This document shows positions 31,665 to 41,396 of a stretch of 64,000 bases of DNA, piece after piece. Below the pieces are notes generated by a model that was not told the origin of the DNA, ran no database searches, and worked only from the letters and a program-made list of their open reading frames with translations. A program made the translations under genes and the position numbers. Source of the stretch: Candidatus Bathyarchaeota archaeon. Lineage in GTDB: Archaea; Thermoproteota; Bathyarchaeia; Bathyarchaeales; Bathycorpusculaceae. The first letter of the stretch is position 1. Each line of letters opens with the position of its first letter. Where the stretch lies: assembly GCA_963828195.1 (NCBI GenBank), contig CAWHDT010000005.1, positions 512,001 to 576,000 of the forward strand, written 5' to 3'.

Positions 31665-31817
31665 TTATTTTGGGATGTCGTCGTTTATTTTTCTTGGTCC
31701 TGCATCTTTTGGTTTTTTTAATTCTATTATGGCGGGCAGAAAAAAAAGCACAATTATTATGGCGATCGTAATTATCAATGTAGCGATTAATGAATCAGGA
31801 TTCTGATTTTGGATCAT
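31665..31817 (-). CDS. Small single-TM protein, possibly shortened by a frameshift
   Basis: MIQNQNPDSLIATLIITIAIIIVLFFLPAIIELKKPKDAGPRK; follows the GT2 gene. Confidence 0.45.
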   Translation of the reverse strand: MIQNQNPDSLIATLIITIAIIIVLFFLPAIIELKKPKDAGPRKINDDIPK

Positions 31818-31837
31818 TTAACGTCTTACTTTAATCT

Positions 31838-33117
31838 TTAATTCTCAATATAACAGTTTCCAATACCTGAGTGTGATGTTTTAACCCACACGTTTTTGTC
31901 TCGCCTGATAATCTTCGAAGCTAATACATCGAAAAAAGCCTTCAAACAAATGGGCATGTTGTAAAAAAAGGTAAATATCAAAATAGGAATAAGCCATTGA
32001 GCTCTGTTTCGCCCATCCAAGTAAACCCCAACTCCAACTTCGAAAAAAGGGGCAAAGTTGCCGACAAAACTATACACGGATATCGGAATAAAAAACCATA
32101 AAGTTCCAATAAGCTGTGAACCCGAAAAAATCAGGTATAAACCAGTAATCATAGAAAGTAACGCAATAATAGGCATGAAATAAACATTTAACAATAATAA
32201 AGCGTCGATTTTCTCTTTAGCATTCAAGTTTTTGCTTATAATTACGTTCCATGTGTGTTTAAAGAAGCATTGCATATGCCCTTTTGCCCATCGGTACCGT
32301 TGTTGGCGATAAGCTTTCCAGTTATCAACGGCTTCCTCATAGCATTCCGCATCAATAGTATATTGAATTCGGTATCCTGCGAGGTAAATACGAAAAGTTA
32401 AATCGGTGTCTTCCGCCAAAACTGCCTCATCCCAACCGCCCAGGCTTTTTAGCAAACTACTTCTGAACCCACCTACTGTCCCGCCAAACTGGGTAATTAA
32501 GCCTAAATTGTTTCTTGCTTCTTGATCAACGCGATATCCGCCTATTCGCTCCAGCGACACTAACCGTGTAATTAAGTTTTCAGGTTCATTTAAGACAACA
32601 ACTCTTCCCTGTCAGCGCCAACGGTTGGATCAATGAAGGGTCCAGCAAGTTTCTCGATTATATCTTTTTGAGGATAATAGTCCGCATCGAAGCAAAGCAC
32701 TATTTCGCCAGTTGATTTGCTGAAGCCATCGTTCATAGCTGAAGATTTTCCTTTGCCGCCGTTGACTTTGTCTCGATTCAGAACTTCGATGAACGGGTAC
32801 TTATTTTTGTAATCTTCTGCTATCGCTCCGGTTTGATCCGACGAAGCATCATTGATGGTTATCACTTGTAGTTTGGATTTTGGGTAAGTTAACTCAGTGA
32901 TTCGTTGGAGTAATCGTCCAATAACCTTCTCCTCGTTATGTGCTGGAATAAGAATTGTAACTGTAGGTTCAAAGAGGGAAGCCTCAGTAGCTACGGATTT
33001 TTTGCTTCTGTTGGCCCCCCGTAACGCGGTAATGGTAAAGATGTAGTGTCTAACAAGGTAAGCAATCATTATTGCGGTTAAAAACAAGAAAAAGATTTCT
33101 AAGACTTCAGAAATCAA
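31838..33117 (-). pseudogene. GT2 processive glycosyltransferase (BcsA/IcaA-like) split by a 1-nt deletion near 32613
   Basis: IPAHNEE and FDAD in ORF1; AEDTDL and QRYRWAKG in ORF2; adding one base restores VGAVQGRVVVLNEPENLITRLVSLE. Confidence 0.85.
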
Positions 33118-33120
33118 AAT

Positions 33121-33498
33121 CTAAGCTCCTGTTTTCGCGCTCTCGTGGTGGAGAATCGTTAGGCTTAGAGACCAAAAAGCCACAATCCAAAGTGAACTTA
33201 GAAAAGGGAAAAAAACCGTAAAAAGGAGATTGAAGATTTTACCGAAAAAAAAGGTACCTGTTGTGGCAAATGAGTAAAAAATAAAGTTCCAGCAGACACC
33301 TATCATGTTGCCTGACGCTAGAAGGAATAGTTTTCGGCTTAAACCACCGTTCAACTGGAAGGCTAGTGAAATAAAAAGGACATTGAAAATTAATAACATG
33401 ACTGTGGATTGGATGTTAATTAGTCGCAATGAAGCGATGAAACACACGATTATTACAGCTGCAAATGGAAAAATAACAAGGCAATTTAACATTTTCAC
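33121..33498 (-). CDS. Hypothetical membrane protein
   Basis: Four hydrophobic segments; co-oriented with GT2. Confidence 0.6.
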   Translation of the reverse strand: MKMLNCLVIFPFAAVIIVCFIASLRLINIQSTVMLLIFNVLFISLAFQLNGGLSRKLFLLASGNMIGVCWNFIFYSFATTGTFFFGKIFNLLFTVFFPFLSSLWIVAFWSLSLTILHHESAKTGA

Positions 33499-33591
33499 TT
33501 ATTTCCCGCCCCTCTTGCTCGAACCGTTTTTCCCCAAGGGGACTATTCTGTTTTTTGGTTCTGTTACTTCTTCGTCTGTTGCTTCTCCATG

Positions 33592-34227
33592 TTACTTTTC
33601 GTCTGTTTTTTTGTCAATACTAAAAGCTGTTAGATTCTCGTAAAAACTGTCATCTCTGAGGTAAGCATTCAGCAAACGTAAGTGTCTTGCATACATAAAG
33701 AAAGAAATTACAGTAATCCTTGTTAGAGCCTTGTACTTCCTTGCTGTTGTTGGATAAGTGGTTTCCGAGAACGGAAGGCACCTATCAAATACGCATTCAA
33801 ATTTGTTAATTAGCTCAGGTTTGAGGTCGTGAAAAGTTGTTATATTTAAATTATGGGCAAATTCGTTCCTTATCTTTCTTATAATATGGGCTGCCTCAAA
33901 GTATCTTTTAGGAGAGAACCGCAACGCCATGGCAATGTCTATTTTAAGCGAAAATGTGAACGCCTTATTGTCAGAAAGCTCCTTGTTGTAATTAGGCATG
34001 ATTTCTGAAAGGTAGTTGTCCACGGTACTTTCAACTAGCAAGTCCGCAACTAAAGCAAGAAGTCTATCATCTCCATAGTCTCCAACTTTGTTAATGTATT
34101 CTTGTACTTTCGATAGATAACTTTCAAAGTCAATCGAGTCTTTGAAAAGAGTGCCTATCTGTTTGTAAAAAACAGCTTCTTTTTTGTCGCAAGCAAGCGC
34201 TAATGCTTCCATTTTTTCTTTTTCCAT
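33592..34227 (-). CDS. MtlR-like HEPN-domain protein
   Basis: TFSLKIDIAMAL...IRKIRNEFAHN (Rx4H motif). Confidence 0.7.
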   Translation of the reverse strand: MEKEKMEALALACDKKEAVFYKQIGTLFKDSIDFESYLSKVQEYINKVGDYGDDRLLALVADLLVESTVDNYLSEIMPNYNKELSDNKAFTFSLKIDIAMALRFSPKRYFEAAHIIRKIRNEFAHNLNITTFHDLKPELINKFECVFDRCLPFSETTYPTTARKYKALTRITVISFFMYARHLRLLNAYLRDDSFYENLTAFSIDKKTDEK

Positions 34228-34446
34228 CGAATTTCACCTTTTTCTGACTTAATGTATTATTAATCAACCGTTATCTGGTTCTGTTACTTCTTAGGTTGAT
34301 GGGTTAAACGTTTTTCCCTGTTACTTTTCGGTTGATGGAGTCGGAAGAGCAGTCTGGCTTCGGGGATGGGTGAATTTCGGAAGACTGTTCGGGCATCGGG
34401 GAGATTTCGGAAGAGGAATCGGGCTCTGGGAACTTCTGATGATACC

Positions 34447-35190
34447 CTAAAATTGTACTGCGCCTACGTCATGAAGTTTTTGAGTAATTTGGTAAACTGG
34501 ATAGATTTCCTGCATTATATTGTCAGTAGCCTGTCTGGTGAAAAGTCTCCCATCGGAGAAGAGATAATACGTTTTGTTTAGATATGTAATAGCCATGTAC
34601 TCCACAGTTCCGCCAATTGCGGGGTCTCTTATCATTTTGTCATATTCTACAGATTGGTCAACTGAAGAGCCTTTTAGCCAAATGTCAGCTATATGTGGGT
34701 CTCTTATGTCGGTTATTCTGACTTCGACGGTTTCACCAAATTCCTCAATTTTGTTAATTTCGTTTTCTTTTTCTTTAAGTGCAAAACGCAAATTTTTTAA
34801 AGGTTGGATAAATGGTTGGTTTGGAATACGTGTTACTTCACCCATTATCCGTGAAATCTTGTTTGCATCCCCACTACTTGCGAATATCCCTAAAATGTTA
34901 TTGATGGGTTCCCTGTAGAAAATGTATAGGAACTTTGGTCCTTCGGTGTATTTTATGGGTTCAAGTTTTATTTCTAAGGTTTCTTCATTCATTTTCCTTA
35001 AGTATGTGGTATCATCATAATAGATTTCTACTAACTTTCCAAATGAAGTACCAAATTCTTCAATACTTTTTTGTTCTGCTGTTTTGACGTAAAGCTTAAA
35101 GTCATCATGAACGGGGTATGTTCCCCTTTTTGAGAGAACTACGTAAACATCGGGTTTTTGTGGCTTAAATAACGAACATGAAAGAAACAT
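34447..35190 (-). CDS. Hypothetical protein (transposon cargo)
   Basis: 247-aa ORF in operon with 35195-35851. Confidence 0.7.
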   Translation of the reverse strand: MFLSCSLFKPQKPDVYVVLSKRGTYPVHDDFKLYVKTAEQKSIEEFGTSFGKLVEIYYDDTTYLRKMNEETLEIKLEPIKYTEGPKFLYIFYREPINNILGIFASSGDANKISRIMGEVTRIPNQPFIQPLKNLRFALKEKENEINKIEEFGETVEVRITDIRDPHIADIWLKGSSVDQSVEYDKMIRDPAIGGTVEYMAITYLNKTYYLFSDGRLFTRQATDNIMQEIYPVYQITQKLHDVGAVQF

Positions 35191-35194
35191 TTGC

Positions 35195-35851
35195 TCACCA
35201 TAATGTTCTAATGAAGTTTAACAGTTTTTCTATTTTTGTGTAGGTTATCGTGACTTTATTTCTAGACGCATATATTCTCAGACTATCATCCATAATTGAT
35301 TTTGACATGCCTTTGAGAAAATCGCTGTCCTCAGTTCCAAGGATTAAATGTTTAACAACCATGTTTAATGGTATTTTCTTTTCCCCTCTCAAATCTGATT
35401 CAAGTTTTGTTACGAAATCATCATAACACTTGACAAAGTTTTCTAAGTCTTGAGGCGTCATTTCTTCTTGCAAAGGGTAAATAAAGAGTCGTATTTGGTC
35501 AATTAAGGTGTACTCTGACATTATTTCTTCGTTCAAAGTCTCATTACTACTTTCAACCCCAGAATAAAACGGAACAATCGGTTTCATGTTCGGACTAACA
35601 AAATAGTTAACGGTTAATCCATTAATATTGAGCTTGTTCTTAGCTATTTTTGACTCTGCGATTTTCTTAACAAAAAAACCATTATAGTCCTCAAGAGATA
35701 TCGAACCATAAAGCGTGAAAACTGTGCTTAATGAAAGTTGTATTTTCACCGTTTTCTTTAATAAACGTCCTTTGACCAAACTTATCGTTGGTGGAACTAC
35801 TTCTTTAACTACTTCCTTAACTACTAGAACACCTAATTCTTTTTCTACCAA
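35195..35851 (-). CDS. Hypothetical protein (transposon cargo)
   Basis: 218-aa ORF. Confidence 0.65.
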   Translation of the reverse strand: MVEKELGVLVVKEVVKEVVPPTISLVKGRLLKKTVKIQLSLSTVFTLYGSISLEDYNGFFVKKIAESKIAKNKLNINGLTVNYFVSPNMKPIVPFYSGVESSNETLNEEIMSEYTLIDQIRLFIYPLQEEMTPQDLENFVKCYDDFVTKLESDLRGEKKIPLNMVVKHLILGTEDSDFLKGMSKSIMDDSLRIYASRNKVTITYTKIEKLLNFIRTLW

Positions 35852-36102
35852 TTTAACTTCATGATTATATTCGAGAAAGATACATAAATATTTATTTGAC
35901 TTGGATTTGTCAGTTTTACATTAAGTTTTCTAGCCATAGTGCTATAGTACATAGCTTGAATTTTGTTTTTCTATTAGGAAAACTTTTATAAGCAAACTCA
36001 TCTTCTATAGCATTTGAATCCTATGATGAACTAATAAAAAACTAAACTCATTGGTAAGATTACTCAGAACTTATATACTTCCATCGCTCACAATACAGTT
36101 CA

Positions 36103-36396
36103 TTGAGGGGTTCAAAGTTGCCTTCTCTATCAGGAAAAAACACACCTTGGTGGTTTACGCCGACAAGATGGGATATCATTGCTATCGATAAGGTTTATAG
36201 AAAAATGCCATATCTTGAGGTTCAACGGGTCATGTATACGCTGACGCAAGCACAGTATCCAACAAGACCTAAAAACGCAAAAGACACGTGGCTTGAACCA
36301 GTTAACTTTGCAGGGATTTCTTATTTTCTGAGTTGTCGTATTGATGAGGATAACAAGAAAATTATAGTAACCAATATTAGAAAGCGTAAAAAATAA
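36103..36396 (+). CDS. Putative RelE/MqsR-like toxin
   Basis: Small basic protein ending CRIDEDNKKIIVTNIRKRKK, just upstream of the Panacea gene. Confidence 0.55.
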   Translation: MRGSKLPSLSGKNTPWWFTPTRWDIIAIDKVYRKMPYLEVQRVMYTLTQAQYPTRPKNAKDTWLEPVNFAGISYFLSCRIDEDNKKIIVTNIRKRKK

Positions 36397-36401
36397 AAAA
36401 G

Positions 36402-37049
36402 GTGGAAAAATTGGAAAAGTGGATTGAAACTGAAACTAACATTGAAACAGTAAATTGGAAAGGCGAACCTCTACAAATCACAAAGGTTAAGGCTTTCAAA
36501 AACCCAAAAACTGGCGAAGTGATGGTTTATCCTGAAGAAGTTGCTAAGGCTGAAATTAGGCAGATAGCAGAAGACTTAGATATTTGTCCTAGAGATGTTG
36601 GAACGCTACTAATGCTACTAGCTCAACCTAGAAACTTCAATAAAGGGGATGTATTTTACAAATATCATTTGCAGAAAATGATGTTCTATCTGTGGAAATC
36701 ACTTGAGCAAATATACGATGACTCGCTACTATTGGACAAGTTTATTGGTGCAGAAAACGGGCCAGTTCCAGAGAAACTTAATGATGATTTAGAGCGTTTT
36801 CAGAAATCAAGCTTTGTTAAGGTCAAAAACGAAAAATGTGAACAAGGGGTTTCAAAAAGAATCCTGTTAACTGAAGAGGGAACAAAAGTTGCTGAGGAAG
36901 TTTGGCGTAGGTTACCCGACCCGTACAAAGAAATAGCTCTGCAAGTCAAAGAAATGATTTATGCCAAGAGTCCAGAAGAAGTTCGCCATAAAGTCCATAA
37001 CGAGTTTCCAGAATACAAGGATACCTATATCAAAAATGATATAGAGTAA
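36402..37049 (+). CDS. Antitoxin with MqsA/YgiT-like N-terminus and Panacea (DUF4065/SocA) domain
   Basis: HLQKMMFYL...F..AENGPV Panacea signature. Confidence 0.7.
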   Translation: MEKLEKWIETETNIETVNWKGEPLQITKVKAFKNPKTGEVMVYPEEVAKAEIRQIAEDLDICPRDVGTLLMLLAQPRNFNKGDVFYKYHLQKMMFYLWKSLEQIYDDSLLLDKFIGAENGPVPEKLNDDLERFQKSSFVKVKNEKCEQGVSKRILLTEEGTKVAEEVWRRLPDPYKEIALQVKEMIYAKSPEEVRHKVHNEFPEYKDTYIKNDIE

Positions 37050-37102
37050 GCCTCAATTTCTTTCAATCTTTTTATTTTGCAAATTGGAAATAAGACGAGA
37101 GG

Positions 37103-38488
37103 CTAAATTATGCCAAAGTGCCTTAAAGCTTCTTCAACTAAAGCAACTTTGTTTCTTGGACACGGATTAGCTCTTTTCGCACCTTTCCGCTCAGATTGAC
37201 CTCTAACGAGGTTAATGTTGTGTGCTTCTTTTACTTGTGCAATCCAGCTTGGATGAGGCACAAACCCATAAGTCTCTTCGATGTGGTGTTGGATTTCTCT
37301 GTAAGTTGCCTTAATTCCTTGCGATGGATAACTTGGCTTTTTATCTATTTTGCATGAATCAAGTTTACGCTTAAAGTTTTCCTGTTCCTGTTTTTCTTCG
37401 CTTGCATTCTGAATTAGAGTAAGCCATTTGTTTTCTCCCTCAATCGTGATTCCGCAAGCCTCGGCAGGTGTCTTACCTTTCAACGCTTCATGTGGTCGGA
37501 TGTAATTGTGGAAAAGCTGATAACCCTGAAGAATTGGGGTTTCGTTAATCTTTAATCCTCTCATCGTCTTTTCTCTATCTCGAATTTCTCCATTCATGCG
37601 CTCCATTTTGTTATTGTGGATTGAGCCTTTGAGTGTGATATCTTTTACATGTATGGCTTCTGGAAAAACGTCTTTAGCGATAACTGCATAGGTCGGTAAT
37701 CCATCAGTTATGAAGATTTTTGGCTGTTTCTCCATTAACTCTTTTGCTTGATAGAAAAGTTTGCGTGCGTCATGCTTGTCTTTTGACTCTGCCACTTCTT
37801 GAGCAATCCAAAATCTTGTTTGGTCGTCCATCATGGCAAACAAATATTTCATGTTGCCGTTAATTTTGACATATACCTCGTCTGCTCTCCAAGTGTCACT
37901 TACATTCGGAACTATCTTTTCGGCATATTCTTTCATTAAGCCTATGTACTTTTTTATCCACATGAAAACCGTTTTGTGAGAAACCTTAACACCTAAAAGC
38001 TGTAAGGATTCTTGAGTGTTTCTTAGGCTTTCACCGCTAAAGTAAAGTTGCATCGCTGTCGTGACCGCTTGGGGATTGTGTTTCATTTTTTCAAAGCCGA
38101 TGTTTATGGTGAAGTATTTGTGGCAGTTTCGGCAGTGGAATTTCTGGATTGTTCCGCTTTTGTTTTTTCTCACACCGTCTTTTTTGAGGTTGCTTGAACC
38201 GCAAAATTGGCAGTTGCTAACGTTCACTTCTTCTATAACTCGGTTAGTTTGCACTTCTTTTCTTAATTGGCTGGCGAAATCAACCGCAAAAATATGTTTA
38301 CAAATTAAGTGTCTGTATGTGTTATCGGGGCATGAGCAAACCCATTCATTTCCACGTTTGCTTACGGTGTATTCGCCATTGTGAGACTGAGATTTCACGG
38401 TGTAAGTGCAATCATCTAATCTTTTGATTTGACCGTTTGATTGTGCGATTGCTTGACCCCGTTCTTCCCGAGTTGTTATGGTTGCCAT
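37103..38488 (-). CDS. IS6-family DDE transposase with SWIM and Zn-ribbon domains
   Basis: SWIM CSCPD...CKH; CQFCGS...CRNC; WRADEVYVK, ITDGL, NNKMERMNG and HNYIRPH motifs. Confidence 0.92.
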   Translation of the reverse strand: MATITTREERGQAIAQSNGQIKRLDDCTYTVKSQSHNGEYTVSKRGNEWVCSCPDNTYRHLICKHIFAVDFASQLRKEVQTNRVIEEVNVSNCQFCGSSNLKKDGVRKNKSGTIQKFHCRNCHKYFTINIGFEKMKHNPQAVTTAMQLYFSGESLRNTQESLQLLGVKVSHKTVFMWIKKYIGLMKEYAEKIVPNVSDTWRADEVYVKINGNMKYLFAMMDDQTRFWIAQEVAESKDKHDARKLFYQAKELMEKQPKIFITDGLPTYAVIAKDVFPEAIHVKDITLKGSIHNNKMERMNGEIRDREKTMRGLKINETPILQGYQLFHNYIRPHEALKGKTPAEACGITIEGENKWLTLIQNASEEKQEQENFKRKLDSCKIDKKPSYPSQGIKATYREIQHHIEETYGFVPHPSWIAQVKEAHNINLVRGQSERKGAKRANPCPRNKVALVEEALRHFGII

Positions 38489-38596
38489 TTTAATCTACCT
38501 ATGAGGAGATAGGCGTGAAGGAATATAAATGTATTGGTAATCATAACGATAATTATAAATACACCTTATAGGTAGATATGTATTCGGTGTATGTAA

Positions 38597-38764
38597 ATGA
38601 GCTTAAAAAGCACAGTTGGAATAGCGAAAACAGGTTCGCCTTCGCTAAGAGCAACAGTACCCGAAGGGATTGTCGCTTTTCTTGACCTAAAAGAATCTGA
38701 CAAACTTGAGTGGAAAATGGAAATAATAAATGGGGAACGAGTCGCCATAGTCAAAAAGTTGTAG
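38597..38764 (+). CDS. Small AbrB-like regulator (55 aa), divergent from the transposase
   Basis: Manual translation SLRATVPEGIVAFLDLKESDKLEW. Confidence 0.75.
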   Translation: MSLKSTVGIAKTGSPSLRATVPEGIVAFLDLKESDKLEWKMEIINGERVAIVKKL

Positions 38765-38775
38765 GTGAGTGATTT

Positions 38776-39327
38776 ATGGAGAACAAAGGCAGCGTGATAG
38801 CTAAAGCTGAGGAATTTGTAAAACGACTTCATGATAAGGACATTGAGATAAATCTAGAAGCGCAAAACTTCTTTCTGAGCAAGACAGAGAAAAAGACTTT
38901 TGGCGAATCACAGACAAGGTCAATGTCACTAGCTGCGTTAATCGCCGAATCTATGTTCCTCTTTCAAGAAGCTAAAGACTTAGAGTTAGCAATTAACGAA
39001 CTTTATAAAGAAGTGAATAAAAATTCGCTGTTAGAGAATCAGGTTAATACTGCGGAGAAAATACATAGCGGCTCCAATCGACGTGTCAACGAATCGGCAA
39101 ATACTCTGTTTAGATACGTGGAAATTGCTTATTGTCATAATCTTATCGATGAAAAAGGTTTAACATGCAAGTTAAAGGTGCTTGAAGAAGAAAACGCTAA
39201 ATTGAGAGAGAAAAATGCAAATTTGCAAAAGCTCAACGATACATTAGCCAAACAAAATGATGATTTACAGAAATATTTCCCTGATAGCCATAAAAGAAAT
39301 GGTGAAATTGGAGATGTGACCACTTGA
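38776..39327 (+). CDS. Hypothetical coiled-coil protein
   Basis: ORF with GGTGA RBS and heptad-rich C-terminus. Confidence 0.65.
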   Translation: MENKGSVIAKAEEFVKRLHDKDIEINLEAQNFFLSKTEKKTFGESQTRSMSLAALIAESMFLFQEAKDLELAINELYKEVNKNSLLENQVNTAEKIHSGSNRRVNESANTLFRYVEIAYCHNLIDEKGLTCKLKVLEEENAKLREKNANLQKLNDTLAKQNDDLQKYFPDSHKRNGEIGDVTT

Positions 39328-39617
39328 TAGTTAAATGCTCTTTCTGTGGACAAATGTTTTCGGATAAAGACTTTGAGTTGCATAAATGCGACATATCACT
39401 TAAAAAATGCGAAATCATCGAAGTATCAGAGTTTTACGATGGTTCTTACAAGGATAAGAAGTTAATGAATGGCATGGGAATAAACGGTGTTCTTTACACG
39501 TTTGAGGTTGTGCCACGAAAACCAATTCCAATAATGATTCCACTGCAACAGACGAAAAGTAACAGATTTCACGGAGACGAAGAAACAGACGGAGAGGTAA
39601 CAGAACCTGTTTTTTAA
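39324..39617 (+). CDS. Zn-finger protein reading through the right transposon end
   Basis: CSFCGQMF...HKC; stop codon overlaps the end of the TSD. Confidence 0.6.
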   Translation: MIVKCSFCGQMFSDKDFELHKCDISLKKCEIIEVSEFYDGSYKDKKLMNGMGINGVLYTFEVVPRKPIPIMIPLQQTKSNRFHGDEETDGEVTEPVF

Positions 39618-39675
39618 AGCTTTAAGCAATCGGTAACATTCTTCTATAAGAAAGCTCTATTTAGCCTATTTAGTT

Positions 39676-40293
39676 CTATTTAGACAGTTCAGAAGCGGAG
39701 ATAACCACGTTCTCTATCACTCTACAGAGAACTTCAAAAACCTCTTCAGCATTCAAATTATCAGTATCTAAAACCAAATCAAACGGCGCAAAATCTTCAC
39801 CTAAATCAAAACCGTAAAGACTCTTGTAAATTGCTTTTGTTCTAGCTTCCTTTTCTTCCAGAACCCTGAAAGCTTCCTCAACAGTTATTTTATCGCGTAC
39901 AGCAACTCTCGCCGCTCTCTTCTCAAGCGAAGCCATCAACCAAATCTTAAAACCTTCCTGAAGCAGCCAAGGCATGGTCCAACTGTCCAAAAGAACATTC
40001 CCCTGCCGCGCATAGTCAAACAGCTTAGCATCCACAGCCTTGTCAAATTTTGAATCACTAACTCTTTCCTTAAGAAAAGTTAAGCCTTCAGGACTCTCCC
40101 ACCAGCCTTGGCGCGAAACGTTATAGCCTTCCGCCTCCGCCAATTCTTTAAGCGCATCGCCGCCCGAATAACATTTCAGATTATATTTTTGGGCAAGCTT
40201 TTTTGACAGCGTGCTCTTTCCGGTTCCAGCCATTCCTGAAATGCATATCACTATTTTTTTGCCAGCAAAACACAATTTTGCGTCTTTAGCCAT
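39676..40293 (-). CDS. cmk: Cytidylate kinase (archaeal)
   Basis: ISGMAGTGKST, KIWLMASLEKRAARV and DLVLDT; adjacent to DUF106 gene. Confidence 0.88.
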   Translation of the reverse strand: MAKDAKLCFAGKKIVICISGMAGTGKSTLSKKLAQKYNLKCYSGGDALKELAEAEGYNVSRQGWWESPEGLTFLKERVSDSKFDKAVDAKLFDYARQGNVLLDSWTMPWLLQEGFKIWLMASLEKRAARVAVRDKITVEEAFRVLEEKEARTKAIYKSLYGFDLGEDFAPFDLVLDTDNLNAEEVFEVLCRVIENVVISASELSK

Positions 40294-40315
40294 TTTTGTA
40301 GCCCCAGTTTTCGCG

Positions 40316-41248
40316 TCAAGTTTCAATCGGCATAATTCCAATTAACCGTGATGCAAGCAGACCTAAGAAGAACGAGCCGATGGGGTACCAATAGAGAACG
40401 GGAATAGCACCGATGCCTGGCACGTAAACCATAGAGGTAGTTCCAAAAGTGGGTGTTAAAACAAAAAACCAAATAATAATGTAGACAAAAGAGAATGCGA
40501 ACTGAACCATCTGTGGCTTCAGCATTTTTGTCTGCATATTTTTTATCTGCGATTCTCTCTTTTTGAGTTTTTCAACCTGTTTTTTGTCGTTTGCTCGCAT
40601 GGCAGCCATGGTTTCTGATCGGTATTCATTCATTTCTTTCTGCATGACACGGTACTGTTCCCACCCTATGAAATAGTTGATCAGAACCCTGTTTAATCCG
40701 GTGTTTAGAAACGCGATAACAATCGCGATGATAAAGATGAAAACTGCTGAAAAAACTGAAATGATTAAAATTGAATAATTAGCGTCTAATGTAAATGCTG
40801 GAGTAGTAAGTCCACTTGAAGTCGTGTTTTCATTGGCCCCGATTATCCATTTGTAATTGCCGGAGGGTTTAGGATTTGTTGCGTCAAAAGTTAACGTGAT
40901 GCTTTGCCCTGGGCTTAGTCCATCAGCAGAGCCATATAGAAGAATATCATTATTTTCTTTGGTTACTGTCCAATTTTGTGATGCGGGTTCTTGGCTTATA
41001 ACAATATTTCCAACATTACTGTACGCTGAAGGTATTGTAATGATTGCACTTCCAAGATTAGCTGCACCCGAGTTAGTTATGACCAAATTGTATGATGTTG
41101 CTTCGTCAACGCCCGAAGTCTTGGCTGTAATGGTTGCTTGACAACTGAGAGTCCCAGCGGCTTTTACTGTTCCAGTAAATGTACTTAAAGCTGAAAAAGC
41201 CACCAACGTGACAAGAAGGATAATAACTATTTTACTGAGCACTTTCAT
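40316..41248 (-). CDS. DUF106/EMC3-TMCO1 (Oxa1 superfamily) protein with extra N-terminal extracellular domain
   Basis: TM, coiled coil (MQKEMNEY...VEKLKKRE), TM, WY motif; signal peptide and beta-rich N-domain. Confidence 0.8.
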   Translation of the reverse strand: MKVLSKIVIILLVTLVAFSALSTFTGTVKAAGTLSCQATITAKTSGVDEATSYNLVITNSGAANLGSAIITIPSAYSNVGNIVISQEPASQNWTVTKENNDILLYGSADGLSPGQSITLTFDATNPKPSGNYKWIIGANENTTSSGLTTPAFTLDANYSILIISVFSAVFIFIIAIVIAFLNTGLNRVLINYFIGWEQYRVMQKEMNEYRSETMAAMRANDKKQVEKLKKRESQIKNMQTKMLKPQMVQFAFSFVYIIIWFFVLTPTFGTTSMVYVPGIGAIPVLYWYPIGSFFLGLLASRLIGIMPIET

Positions 41249-41396
41249 TTGTCATCCTCCTTCTATTGCTCCTTAACAATCACCGCAATTTTCCTCTTGA
41301 AACTGTAATGCGTATCTTGTTTCCTTATTAATAACCGTTTTTGCTATAAGCGGCAGTGTTTTAAGAAAAACTTCTTTTCCCTTGTTAAGCTCAGTT

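Larger units (their letters stand above)
33557..39607. mobile_element. IS6-family cargo transposon
   Basis: Inverted ends GGTTCTGTTAC(T/C)TC at 33557 and 39607; 8-bp TSD TGTTTTTT at 33549-33556 and 39608-39615; internal IS6-type transposase. Confidence 0.9.

Noticed and set aside
32590-32625. GT2 split as intron or programmed frameshift
   Set aside because: A single missing base explains it; no hairpin or slippery site. Mutation or sequencing error.
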